The position numbers and the translations under genes were made by a program. The notes beneath the pieces were generated by a model. It saw only the letters and a list, made by a program, of their open reading frames with translations. It searched no databases and had not been told where the DNA came from. This document shows positions 34,321-44,101 of a stretch of DNA of 64,000 bases, one piece after another (positions within the stretch are counted from its first letter, which is position 1; every line of letters begins with the position of its first letter). Origin of the DNA: an uncultured delta proteobacterium (GTDB lineage Bacteria; Desulfobacterota; Binatia; Bin18); assembly GCA_963733195.1 (NCBI GenBank), contig CAVTCR010000071.1, positions 32,001-96,000 on the forward strand, in the 5' to 3' direction.

Positions 34321-34931
34321 TATTTTCCATACTTCCGCAGCACCGCCACCACCACCCCGCGAATCTCTACATCTTTCCCGCGTGCAATAATCGGTTGCAT
34401 TTGCGCATTGGCAGGCTGTAACCGCACGCGACCGCCGCGATCAGGAAAGAACTTCTTCACTGTGGCTTCACCATTCACCAGCGCCACCACCGTTTCTCCA
34501 GCTTGCGCAGTCGGTCGTTGTTCAATCACGATATAGTCGCCATCAAGGATGCCCTCTTCAATCATGGATTCGCCTTTTACTCGTAAGGCAAATGCAGCGT
34601 GTGAGCGACGAACAAACTCTGTTGGTACAGAAAGCGTATCGTTTGTCTCGATGACCTCAATCGGTGCCCCGGCTGCAACTCGGCCAAGGAGCGGGAGTTC
34701 GATCGATTCAGCGGACTTTCGTTGCACCGGAATTTCAATCGCACGACTCAAATTCCACTTGCGGGTGATCACCCCCTTCATCTCAAGATTGGTAAGATGC
34801 TTATGCACGGTTGCGAGCGAAGAGAGACCAAAGTGCACGCCGATCTCTTCGAGTGTCGGCGCATAGCCGTGGGCTGCAATATGTTCTTGTAAGTAGTCCC
34901 ACATTTCCTTTTGTCGCCGGGTCAAAATCAT
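34320..34931 (-). CDS. lexA: SOS repressor LexA
   Basis: LTRRQ...SLATVHKHL winged helix, VAAG cleavage site, GESM Ser, TVKK Lys. Confidence 0.95.
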   Translation of the reverse strand: MILTRRQKEMWDYLQEHIAAHGYAPTLEEIGVHFGLSSLATVHKHLTNLEMKGVITRKWNLSRAIEIPVQRKSAESIELPLLGRVAAGAPIEVIETNDTLSVPTEFVRRSHAAFALRVKGESMIEEGILDGDYIVIEQRPTAQAGETVVALVNGEATVKKFFPDRGGRVRLQPANAQMQPIIARGKDVEIRGVVVAVLRKYGK

Positions 34932-34959
34932 AACTACCTCCAGAAGTAGTTATGCCAGC

Positions 34960-34974
34960 GAACAAAAAGCGAAT
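34960..34974. promoter_or_regulatory. Putative LexA box GAAC-N7-GAAT
   Basis: Near match to the GAAC-N7-GAAC direct-repeat box, about 30 bp upstream of lexA. Confidence 0.55.
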
Positions 34975-35039
34975 CAAGCCTGAGCAGGAGAGATTTTCTT
35001 ACCGCCCTGAATCTGGAAGAATAAAGGGCTAGAGGTGTC

Positions 35040-36183
35040 ATGCGAATCGTCAACAATAATATTGGAAAATTTTCACTCCGCTTGTTGTTCCTCCTAGTGC
35101 TCATGCTCATCTTGTCGGGCGTGCTCGCGTACAGTCGGCGGGCACCATCCCTTGATGCCATCAAACTGCCACCAGGATTTGCTATTAATGTCTACGCTAA
35201 TGATGTTCCTAGTGCACGTCAGATGGCACTCGGTTCACGTGGGACGGTCTTTGTCGGCTCAAATACAGGAAGCATCTTTGCTGTCGTTGATCGCAATCAA
35301 GATCATCAAGCAGATCAAGTCCTTACCATCGCCACAGGCTTAAACCGTGCAAGTGGCGTGGCCTTCCGCGATGGGGCGCTGTACGTCGCAGAGATTCATC
35401 GCGTGCTTCGTTTCGATCAGATTGAGGACCAGCTTGAAAAGCCGCCGCAGCCAGTCGTCGTCAATGGCAGTCTGCCCAGTGATCGGTGGCACGGCTGGAA
35501 GTTTATTGCCTTTGGGCCGGACGGTTTGCTGTATGTCCCCGTCGGTGCCCCTTGTAACGTTTGCGAACGTGAGGAGCCTTACGCCACCATTCTGCGCATG
35601 AAACCGGACGGCAGTAATATCGAGGTTTTTGCACGCGGGATTCGCAATACGGTCGGGTTTGACTGGCATCCGACCGGAAAAGAGTTGTGGTTCACCGACA
35701 ATGGACGGGACATGCTCGGGGAGAACATACCACCAGACGAACTCAACCGCGCGGCAAAACAAGGGCTGCATTTTGGTTTCCCCTATTGTCATGCCGGCGA
35801 AATTCCTGACCCCGAATTTGGCCGCCAACGCAAATGCGACGAGCTTCATCGCACCAGCGCAGAAGCTTGGCCCGCACGTCGCAGCCATCGGCATGCGCTT
35901 TTACACCGGGACCATGTTTCCACAGGAGTATCGCAACCAGATTTTCATTGCCGAACACGGCTCATGGAACCGCTCCGAACCGATCGGCTACCGAGTCTCA
36001 TTGGTTCGCCTCGATGATACAGGAACCCGCGCGGTGAAATACGAAACCTTCGCTGACGGCTGGTTACAAAATGGGCGTGCAGGGGGCCGTCCAGCTGACG
36101 TTCTGGTCATGCCCGACGGCGCGCTTCTGGTGTCAGATGACCAAGCCGACGCGATTTACCGGATTAGTTATAAAGAAAGATAA
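35040..36183 (+). CDS. PQQ-dependent sugar/sorbosone dehydrogenase family beta-propeller, frameshift near 35845
   Basis: Signal peptide, HGWKFIAFGPDG, GIRNTVG, AEHGSWNRS, GRPADV. Confidence 0.88.
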
Positions 36184-36339
36184 AGGCTCACGGTTTCATC
36201 CCTTCCCTGCGAATTGCTCCTTATACAGGCGGCGTCACCGCTCAGAAACGAAGCGACTGTATTTCACGATCACGCATGAGTTTTGGATTGAACTATGCAG
36301 TGTAATCAGTGCAATCGAGGTTGGGCCTATTTGCCTCGC

Positions 36340-38133
36340 TTATCCTGAACTGGCCAAGCGATAATACTCACTGTGCTGTTCGAATAACTTCTCAGCGGGA
36401 CCAGCTTCTGCGACTTGTCCGTGCTTCAACACGACAATTTGATCGGCACTTTTAATCGTTGACAGTCGATGCGCAATGATTATTACCGTTCGCCCCTGAC
36501 TCAGCTCGACAATTGCCTTGTGAATACGACGCTCGGTCTGCGCATCAAGTGCACTCGTCGCCTCGTCCAGGATCAAAACCTGCGGATCACATAAGATGGC
36601 TCTCGCAATCGAGAGCCGTTGTCGCTGTCCGCCGGAGAGCTTTACTCCACGATCGCCGATAGAGGTATCATAGCCGTTGGGCAATTCCATGATGAACTCA
36701 TGCGCTCCGGCTCTCTTCGCCGCGTTAATAATATGTTCTTCCGAGGGTACGCCCTCTGCACTAAAAGCGATGTTATACTTAACAGTGTTGTTAAAGAGAA
36801 ATGTATCCTGACTGACAACCCCAATCTGGCGATGATAGGACTCAAGTTGAAAGCGTGGCAGTGGCTCACCATCAAAGAGAATTTCTCCCTGTTGTGGGTC
36901 ATAGAAGCGTAGCAACAAATGCGCGATCGTCGATTTCCCAGTGCCAGATTCACCGATAATAGCGGTGATCTTGCTAGCAGGAATAGAGAAACTCACGTCT
37001 CGCAACACTGGCGTCTCGTGACCAGGGTAGGCAAATGTCACATTACGGAATTGAATTTCGCGTCGAACGCCCGGGAAAACGTTTTTCCCATCGGGAATGA
37101 ACGGTTTGTTATCTTCCCGGAGTAATTCATAGACCAAGCCAACCTGAGGCCATTGTCCAATAATCTCCACTCGTTGGTTATTGAGGATTTTCAAGAGCGG
37201 CACCATGCGTAGCAGCACATACATAAAGGGAAGCAGTTGTGTCAGCATGAGAGTCGTGTCCATCCTGTAGAGATGCAAGGCAAAAACGCATAAGACGGCA
37301 ACCGCAATGGTTGCATATGCGTCGGTGATCGGATGGATTGAAAAGATTTTGAACCGACGCTGGTTCTCTATTTTGCGACTCGCTTCAATGTGCCTCCCTA
37401 TCCAGGACAAGTAGCGCTGCTCTTGGCTATAGGATTTGATCAGCTGAATCCCACTCAGCGATTCATGTACGGCACTTACGACCTCACGATTGGTTGCTGC
37501 TGCCGTTCTTCCCAAACGCGAAAGGCTCTTCGTGTGCCGGTGCATAAACACGAAAAACACGATGCCTATCAAGACCGTGACTGCCATGAGCTGCCACGAC
37601 AAGAGAAACAGCAGGAGCAGTAACACAAGGAACGTGAACATATTGGCGATAAACTCGATGGAATATCTGAGGGCGAGTTCTACCCCCGCTGGGTTATACA
37701 CAGCTCGATCAATGAGATCTCCGGCACGAGATTTATGGTGAAATGCGATACTTACAGTGAGGAGGAGTCGCATGGCACGCAGGCGCAAATCTGCCAGCAG
37801 GCGCGTGGATAGCCAATGACCTAAACGAATGGCTATCACCAAGAACGTATTTTTGAGTAGGCTCGCGGCAACCACAACACCGATTGCCAGATAAATTTGG
37901 TGCTCGACCTGGTAGGGCTTGAAGAACGTGGCCAGCCACTGAAAAACACCCGGCAAATCGTGTGTGTTTTGCATGTTTTGCACACTACTCAACAGCGGCA
38001 CAAAAATACCAATGGAGAGACCGTCGAAGCCAGAGGCGAGAATAGAAAAGACAATCACCAAAATGGCAATGTGCTTGTAGGGACGAATCACGTTAAAAAG
38101 GAATTTTGCTTTAGTCGACGTGTCCGGTTTCAT
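36340..38133 (-). CDS. ABC exporter, fused permease and ATPase (MsbA/HepA-like)
   Basis: GESGTGKS, LSGGQRQR, LDEATS; N-terminal TM domain; start approximate. Confidence 0.9.
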   Translation of the reverse strand: MKPDTSTKAKFLFNVIRPYKHIAILVIVFSILASGFDGLSIGIFVPLLSSVQNMQNTHDLPGVFQWLATFFKPYQVEHQIYLAIGVVVAASLLKNTFLVIAIRLGHWLSTRLLADLRLRAMRLLLTVSIAFHHKSRAGDLIDRAVYNPAGVELALRYSIEFIANMFTFLVLLLLLFLLSWQLMAVTVLIGIVFFVFMHRHTKSLSRLGRTAAATNREVVSAVHESLSGIQLIKSYSQEQRYLSWIGRHIEASRKIENQRRFKIFSIHPITDAYATIAVAVLCVFALHLYRMDTTLMLTQLLPFMYVLLRMVPLLKILNNQRVEIIGQWPQVGLVYELLREDNKPFIPDGKNVFPGVRREIQFRNVTFAYPGHETPVLRDVSFSIPASKITAIIGESGTGKSTIAHLLLRFYDPQQGEILFDGEPLPRFQLESYHRQIGVVSQDTFLFNNTVKYNIAFSAEGVPSEEHIINAAKRAGAHEFIMELPNGYDTSIGDRGVKLSGGQRQRLSIARAILCDPQVLILDEATSALDAQTERRIHKAIVELSQGRTVIIIAHRLSTIKSADQIVVLKHGQVAEAGPAEKLFEQHSEYYRLASSG

Positions 38134-38344
38134 AGTGTGAGTATTACGAGGCGCAGGGCTCAAATCTTTGTCAGTCATAGGGCTCGTTGAGATATAGCTT
38201 GCGCGTGGCAAAAGGCCGGCCTTAAATCAGACGTCAAAAGATTCGTACACTACACTACGCCTTTTTCGCTAGTCGTTATTTTTGCAACGACCCCACAAAT
38301 TTTTCGATCCTTGAAGAGTTTAGCCAGGCTGCATAATCTCAGCA

Positions 38345-39586
38345 TCAATAAAACGCCATACTGGCAAAACTCACTGCTGACTGCGGTGCGGTCTCAGCAT
38401 AGGCATACTTCAATAACTTGCCCTGTTTCGCATTGACGAGATGTAAGAATGTGTATATCGGCGCAAAGCCGCAGATGCGACGTTGATCACCGTTCTTGGC
38501 AATCTCAGCAAAGAAATTCGCATGATCAACACTCTCTAACGCCTGAATCAGTCGCCGGTCTTCACTTTCCACCCAATTGAGAAAGTCTTGTGTCAGTGGT
38601 TCCTTATCTCCGAATTTTTGCCCCACGTGGGCAAAATCGACTCCCGCCACAAAGCAGACTTTCTTGCCACACTGTGCAATTGTCTCTCTGAGCGCATTAA
38701 GGAATGTGGCAACACGTGGGGTCTCGGCTGGCGATGTCTTGGTAAGAATCATGTGATGAAACGAGGTCACGAGGATGGGAACGATCGCAAACTCGCGGGT
38801 CTTGCCGAAGACGTATTGTAAGAACAGCGACTGAAACTCCAGCGAATGCTCGGTACGATGGATGATCTCACTGGCCAAGAGGTCTTCCCCATAATTCTGC
38901 TGGAGTGAACGAATAAACTCACGGTCAGTTCTTACCGGACCGAGCGGTGTGTTGTAATCTTTGTCGGTCCCGACAAAAAGATCCTCGGCTCCATAATGCG
39001 ACGTTCCAAGTAAGATAAATAATTCAGCATCGCATCGTTCGGCCAACTCTTTGTATCCCCAGGCGTACGCTGCCCCACCGACTCGCAGATCGATATGTGG
39101 AACGATCAGTCCACGGACTGGCGGAAGCGACTCGTTGCCAACGTCTGGCATGCCCGGTCCTGCAGCTCCGGTGAACAAAGCAGTGGCTTGCTCATGAAAC
39201 ACCTCTGGCTGCGATGAGTAACAGGTATCCGCATGGGCCATTTCACGAATAGACGACCGTCGGAACGCCGCGTGAATTTCGCCTTGGAACACAGCAAATC
39301 GTGGACTGTCGAGGTAGTAGTACTCGTCGAGCTGCCACACGAGATCGTGAATCTGTTCACGTGGAAGAATCTGGCCAAATTGTTTGGCGAACGCTTCTTG
39401 GATATCGACCAGCGAATGCTGCCCATCGAAGTGACTAATGATGAAATAGGTTGGATAGGGCAACAGCAGTGGGGTCTGAGCGTAGCTCAATGGATCACGG
39501 ATATACATCCGTGTCCGGCCTCCTTCTTCGATAGGAACTGCTTCGATATACCGTAGGCGGGGATAGTCTAAGGGCACAATATGCAC
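38345..39586 (-). CDS. amrB: AmmeMemoRadiSam system protein B (MEMO1 family) with N-terminal extension
   Basis: PHIDL, GTSH, EHSLEFQ, DFAHVG, ICGFAP. Confidence 0.85.
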   Translation of the reverse strand: MHIVPLDYPRLRYIEAVPIEEGGRTRMYIRDPLSYAQTPLLLPYPTYFIISHFDGQHSLVDIQEAFAKQFGQILPREQIHDLVWQLDEYYYLDSPRFAVFQGEIHAAFRRSSIREMAHADTCYSSQPEVFHEQATALFTGAAGPGMPDVGNESLPPVRGLIVPHIDLRVGGAAYAWGYKELAERCDAELFILLGTSHYGAEDLFVGTDKDYNTPLGPVRTDREFIRSLQQNYGEDLLASEIIHRTEHSLEFQSLFLQYVFGKTREFAIVPILVTSFHHMILTKTSPAETPRVATFLNALRETIAQCGKKVCFVAGVDFAHVGQKFGDKEPLTQDFLNWVESEDRRLIQALESVDHANFFAEIAKNGDQRRICGFAPIYTFLHLVNAKQGKLLKYAYAETAPQSAVSFASMAFY

Positions 39587-39705
39587 TCCTTCAGCCGTAA
39601 CAGTGAGAGGGTACCCTAATGGGTTTCGCTCCAGGGATCAAGTTTCCTTGACAGCCGTATGCGAAGAAAAATATAGTCCTTTCGCTCACAAAAGAAGGAG
39701 GCGTT

Positions 39706-40593
39706 ATGAAATTCGCAGTCAGTGGTGTTGGTAGTGGCTCAACTGCCCGGCCAGAATTATTAGTACAGGTCGCACAAAAAGCTGAGGCGCTCGGATTTGA
39801 ATCGGCATGGATTCCTGAACATCTCGCGGTACCGGTCACCATCACCAGCCGTTACCCATATTCTGCTGATGGCAAATTTCCCGGCGGCCCAGGTGCGGCC
39901 CTGCATGATCCCTTCGTCGCACTCGGTTTCGTTGCGGCCAGTACAAAGACGATAAAACTCGGAACAGGCGTGTTCGTGCTCCCACTGCGCAATCCTCTCG
40001 CGGTCGCCAAAGCGGCTGCCAGCGTCGATGTCCTTTCTCAAGGACGACTCTTGTTTGGGGTTGGCATTGGTTGGTGTGAAGACGAGTTTAATGCAATAGG
40101 CATGTCATTTAAGGACCGTGCAGCACGGAGTCGTGAATCTATTGCGATGATGAAAGCGCTGTGGAGCGACGAAACGCCACAATTCTCAGGTCGCTTCCAT
40201 AGTTTTGCGCCGGTTGGGTTCAACCCGAAACCCATCCAGAAGCCGCATCCGCCGATCATTTTTGGTGGGGAAAGCCGTCCCGCCCTGAAGCGAGTCGCTG
40301 AATTAGGCGATGGCTGGTTCGGCTTTCGTTATACACCCGAATCACTGAAACCCCAACTTACACTGTTGAAAGAGTTGACCGAGAAAGCGGGTCGCTCATT
40401 TTCACAAATTGAGATTACCATTGCACCCCAACCCGGACTCCAACTCACACTTGACGTCGTGAAACAGTTTGCTGATGCGGGCGTCCATCGGCTGATGACC
40501 TTTGCGCCTGGCTTCATTCCCCGAGCAAAATTTGACAGCGAGTTGTACCCACAGATGGAAAAGTTTGCCAACGAGGTAATCGCCAAAGCGTAA
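39706..40593 (+). CDS. LLM-class, probably F420-dependent, oxidoreductase
   Basis: GFESAWIPEH, DPFVALG, LGTGVFVLPLRNP, PKPIQKPHPP. Confidence 0.88.
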   Translation: MKFAVSGVGSGSTARPELLVQVAQKAEALGFESAWIPEHLAVPVTITSRYPYSADGKFPGGPGAALHDPFVALGFVAASTKTIKLGTGVFVLPLRNPLAVAKAAASVDVLSQGRLLFGVGIGWCEDEFNAIGMSFKDRAARSRESIAMMKALWSDETPQFSGRFHSFAPVGFNPKPIQKPHPPIIFGGESRPALKRVAELGDGWFGFRYTPESLKPQLTLLKELTEKAGRSFSQIEITIAPQPGLQLTLDVVKQFADAGVHRLMTFAPGFIPRAKFDSELYPQMEKFANEVIAKA

Positions 40594-40615
40594 AGGCCGG
40601 GAAGTGCAAAAATAA

Positions 40616-40643
40616 AAACGGCGGCCTTTTGAGGTCGCCGTTT
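40616..40643 (-). terminator. Rho-independent terminator of the PEP-CTERM gene, possibly bidirectional
   Basis: AAACGGCGGCCT/AGGTCGCCGTTT stem followed by a T run on the minus strand. Confidence 0.7.
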
Positions 40644-40672
40644 CGTCAGCTGAAGAGCAGGAAAGAAACAGC

Positions 40673-41332
40673 CTAGGCCGTTTTCTTTCGTTTCCAGAGT
40701 GCAAGACCAACTAAACCTGAGCCGAATAGCAACAATGAACCAGGCTCTGGAACAACTTGTTGGGTCGCCTGCTGTACATTCAGAATGTCAAAAGCCCAGG
40801 CGTTGGTCCGCTGGAATCCGTCGAAATCGAAAAACGAGCCAGAACCAGGGCCAAAATCTACCCCGGTAAAATTTCCCTCGCCTTGCCTATCAAAACCGTC
40901 CGCCAGAGTTGGGCCAGTGGCAAAGTTGTCAAATTGCATGACGCTCACGGTATAGGTCCCAGCCACCAAAGCGGCTTGGAGGAACGAATCGAATCTCACG
41001 CCAGTCGTCGGGTCTATACCACGTCGGGAAAGGACGCCATCGTCATTTTCGTCATCGATAAATGTTCCAGTGCTATCAAAGAGTGCCAGGATAGGGTCGA
41101 ATCCTCCAGCGGGAATCACCGCGCCCGCGGCATTAGTTCCCCCAGCGTAGGAATACGTGAGCAGGGTGACTGTCGACAGAGCCCCAACGACGAATGAGAA
41201 TAACTGTACATCGTCGTCCTGAGTGAAAATGCCTGTAAAAGAGAAATTGGCCGCCTGGGCAGCGCCCATACTGGCAAAGAAGGAAACAAGCACGAATGTG
41301 AGTACACCATGAAACCATTTGCAGCGCTGCAT
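40673..41332 (-). CDS. PEP-CTERM surface protein (DVUA0089-like domain)
   Basis: Signal peptide ending AQA; GGFDPILALFD; VPEPGSLLLFGSGLVGLALWKRKK tail. Confidence 0.9.
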   Translation of the reverse strand: MQRCKWFHGVLTFVLVSFFASMGAAQAANFSFTGIFTQDDDVQLFSFVVGALSTVTLLTYSYAGGTNAAGAVIPAGGFDPILALFDSTGTFIDDENDDGVLSRRGIDPTTGVRFDSFLQAALVAGTYTVSVMQFDNFATGPTLADGFDRQGEGNFTGVDFGPGSGSFFDFDGFQRTNAWAFDILNVQQATQQVVPEPGSLLLFGSGLVGLALWKRKKTA

Positions 41333-41463
41333 ACACCCTTCCTTCGTACGAATGATACCTTGCCTCAACTCATGAGCGTCTTCTGGCATATAGGGGTATA
41401 GAAAATTCAGTTCCTATTTGGCCAACGACCACTATTGCTTCAACCATGGCTTTTATTCAATCT

Positions 41464-41479
41464 AGCAAAAATTACACCA
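41464..41479 (-). promoter_or_regulatory. Putative sigma-54 promoter of the PEP-CTERM gene
   Basis: Minus strand TGGTGTAATTTTTGCT has GG and GC at -24/-12 spacing. Confidence 0.55.
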
Positions 41480-41702
41480 AATGAACGTCTCTGGTATTCT
41501 ACCTCTCGAATAATACGATAAGTCCTTAATATCACAAAGAAATTTGCTTTATTGGGTCTTACAAGAAATAAGGATGCTCTTCTCTGTCGGATGTCGTATC
41601 TGGCAAGATTTCCGACGTTTGGTTAAGCGGGATCAAAGTCAAATTGGATAAAAAATAAAAGAAAAACATTGATTTAAGAGAAATTTTACTTACACAAACA
41701 AC

Positions 41703-41719
41703 TGTAAAAATAACCGACA
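41703..41719. promoter_or_regulatory. Putative enhancer TGT-N11-ACA (TGTAAAAATAACCGACA)
   Basis: Form typical of bacterial enhancer-binding protein sites, about 230 bp upstream of the sigma-54 site. Confidence 0.45.
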
Positions 41720-41847
41720 GTCTTCCGTTCTCTTTACGTTCTGGAGAAAAGAAACAGAGAGATTCTTGTTCTATGCTGCGCATTCAGGATTACCCAGGAA
41801 ATATGAATATTTTCGACAGAAAAGAGATGTGCTAACTTCCCCAGACT

Positions 41848-42816
41848 GTGATCCAGCAAGATATAAGAAAAAATGACCACTCTGCACTCCGCGTTGGCGT
41901 CGTCGGGGTCGGCTACCTTGGTCGTTTCCATGCCCAGAAATACGCCACTCAGCCAGAGGTCGCGCTCGTCGCGATTGTCGATACCAATGTAACCCGTGCA
42001 GCGGAAATCGCTGCGGAATGTCACACCACAGCATTGATGGATTACCGCGAGATATTCGGCCAGGTCGATTGCGTGAGCATCGCAGTGCCAACGCAATTCC
42101 ACTATGATGTTGCTCGTGACTTTCTCTTGCACGGGATCGATGTTCTCGTTGAGAAGCCCATGACCGTTACTGCTGTCGAAGGACGTGCACTTGTCGAACT
42201 CGCCGCCCAACGGCAGCGTATCCTCCAGGTCGGCCATCTTGAACGGTTCAATTCTGCACTACGTTCTCTGAGCGGGATTCTCACCTCGCCACGATTTATC
42301 GAATGCAACCGCGTTGCGCCATTTGTTGAACGCGGAACCGACGTTGATGTCGTGCGTGATCTGATGATTCACGATCTCGATGTTATTCTAAGCTTAGTCC
42401 AATCTCCGGTGACATCCATCGAAGCCTTTGGAGTTCCGGTGTTAACCTCGGAACCTGACATTGCTAATGCACGGCTCCGTTTCGCCTCTGGATGTATCGC
42501 TGATGTCACTGCCAGTCGAGTTGCGCTCAAACGCGAGCGGAAGATGCGTGTGTTTCAGCCGGACACTTACCTCGTAGTGGATTACGGCGAACATCGTATT
42601 CGCATCTGCCGACGTGAACCCGGCGCGCAACCAGGAACGCTCCCCAACATTACCTTCGAGGAGCGCGAAGTCGGAGGAGAGGATGCACTTGAAGAGGAAA
42701 TCCGCGCGTTCCTGCAAGCGGTCCGTGATCGCAGCAGGCCAATTGTAAGTGGAGAAGACGGACTACAAGCGTTAGAAATGGCGGAACGGATTGTTTCCTG
42801 TCTGGAAATACCGTAG
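41848..42816 (+). CDS. Gfo/Idh/MocA oxidoreductase, GnnA-like (UDP-GlcNAc 3-dehydrogenase)
   Basis: GVGYLG, VEKP, GHLERFN, DLMIHD; directly upstream of lpxB. Confidence 0.8.
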   Translation: MIQQDIRKNDHSALRVGVVGVGYLGRFHAQKYATQPEVALVAIVDTNVTRAAEIAAECHTTALMDYREIFGQVDCVSIAVPTQFHYDVARDFLLHGIDVLVEKPMTVTAVEGRALVELAAQRQRILQVGHLERFNSALRSLSGILTSPRFIECNRVAPFVERGTDVDVVRDLMIHDLDVILSLVQSPVTSIEAFGVPVLTSEPDIANARLRFASGCIADVTASRVALKRERKMRVFQPDTYLVVDYGEHRIRICRREPGAQPGTLPNITFEEREVGGEDALEEEIRAFLQAVRDRSRPIVSGEDGLQALEMAERIVSCLEIP

Positions 42817-42840
42817 TGCGTGGAACGTGAACTTTGAACT

Positions 42841-44007
42841 TTGAACTCATTAAGCAACCCACAACCCGCAACACGTATCACTCGCTCCGCACAGGTCCTT
42901 CTCGTCGCCGGTGAAGCCTCGGGTGACTTGCATGGTGGGGATCTCGTGGCCGCACTAAAGCGACAAGACCCGAGTCTTAAGATTTTTGGAGTTGGAGGGT
43001 CTGCGCTCCGTGCAGCAGGAATGCAAACGCTAGTTGATAGTGCCACAATCGCCGGTATGGGACTGGTCGAAGCGCGCGACAAAGTAGGAGCATTGATCCG
43101 CACCTATCACCAACTCAAACACATACTCCGAACTGATCCCCCAGATCTTCTTATCCTGATCGACTTCCCCGAATTTAATCTCCGTCTTGCGAAGGTAGCC
43201 AAACACGCAGGCGTGCCGGTTTTTTATTACATCAGCCCACAAGTATGGGCGTGGCGTAAGAGACGTGTGTACACCATCGCCAAGCGCGTGGATCGACTCG
43301 CAGCCGTTTTTCCGTTTGAACCCGCCTTTTACGCGTCGCATGGCTGCACAGTTGATTTTGTTGGTCACCCACTGGTTGATCGCGTGCATCCTACCCGGTC
43401 ACGTGAAGACACACTCCGACAGTATGGCCTTGATCCACAGCGTCGGACGATTGCCCTTCTTCCGGGCAGCCGCTCACAGGAAGTGCGCCTCCTGCTCCCA
43501 CCAATGCTTGGTGCAGTAGCTCTTCTGGGTAATGACTATCAATTTGTCCTTGCTGCCGCAGACACACTCAAATCCGAAGAGTTACAGCAACAGGTCAAGC
43601 CTTCTGCAGTGCAGATCATTCAAGGAGATACCTACAATCTTATTCATGCTTCTGACCTCGTATTTGTTGCTTCGGGCACGGCAACTCTAGAAACCGCCCT
43701 CCTCGAGCGGCCAATGGTCATTATGTATCGATTAGCGCCGTTTACGTATGCACTCGCACGTTTTCTGGTACGCGTTCCGTTTATCGGCATGCCCAATCTG
43801 ATCGTCGAACGGCGGGTGGTCCCAGAACTCATCCAGGGGGAAGTCACTCCCACACGCATTGCTACTGAGGCCACGCGGTTGCTCACCGATGCACAAGCGT
43901 ATAGCGTAGCGCAGGAAGGATTACGCGAAGTTCGCCGCCGGCTCGGTGGGGGTGGTGCTGCTGAGCGAGTTGCTACACTTGTAGCAGAAATGCTGACTCA
44001 TAAATGA
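42841..44007 (+). CDS. lpxB: Lipid-A-disaccharide synthase
   Basis: AGEASGD, SPQVWAWR, VGHPL, LLPGSR, SGTATLE. Confidence 0.95.
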   Translation: MNSLSNPQPATRITRSAQVLLVAGEASGDLHGGDLVAALKRQDPSLKIFGVGGSALRAAGMQTLVDSATIAGMGLVEARDKVGALIRTYHQLKHILRTDPPDLLILIDFPEFNLRLAKVAKHAGVPVFYYISPQVWAWRKRRVYTIAKRVDRLAAVFPFEPAFYASHGCTVDFVGHPLVDRVHPTRSREDTLRQYGLDPQRRTIALLPGSRSQEVRLLLPPMLGAVALLGNDYQFVLAAADTLKSEELQQQVKPSAVQIIQGDTYNLIHASDLVFVASGTATLETALLERPMVIMYRLAPFTYALARFLVRVPFIGMPNLIVERRVVPELIQGEVTPTRIATEATRLLTDAQAYSVAQEGLREVRRRLGGGGAAERVATLVAEMLTHK

Positions 44008-44096
44008 AGAATGAAAAATGAAAAATTAAGAATTGATAAGAAAAAGAATTTCTTCTTGAGAAATTCTTCACTTCTTCATTCTTAATTCTTAATTCT
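44002..44096. repeat. Mirror-image heptamer tandem repeats (TGAAGAA/TTAAGAA)n and (TTCTTCA/TTCTTAA)n
   Basis: Fills the lpxB-msbA spacer. Confidence 0.7.
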
Positions 44097-44101
44097 CCTC
44101 A

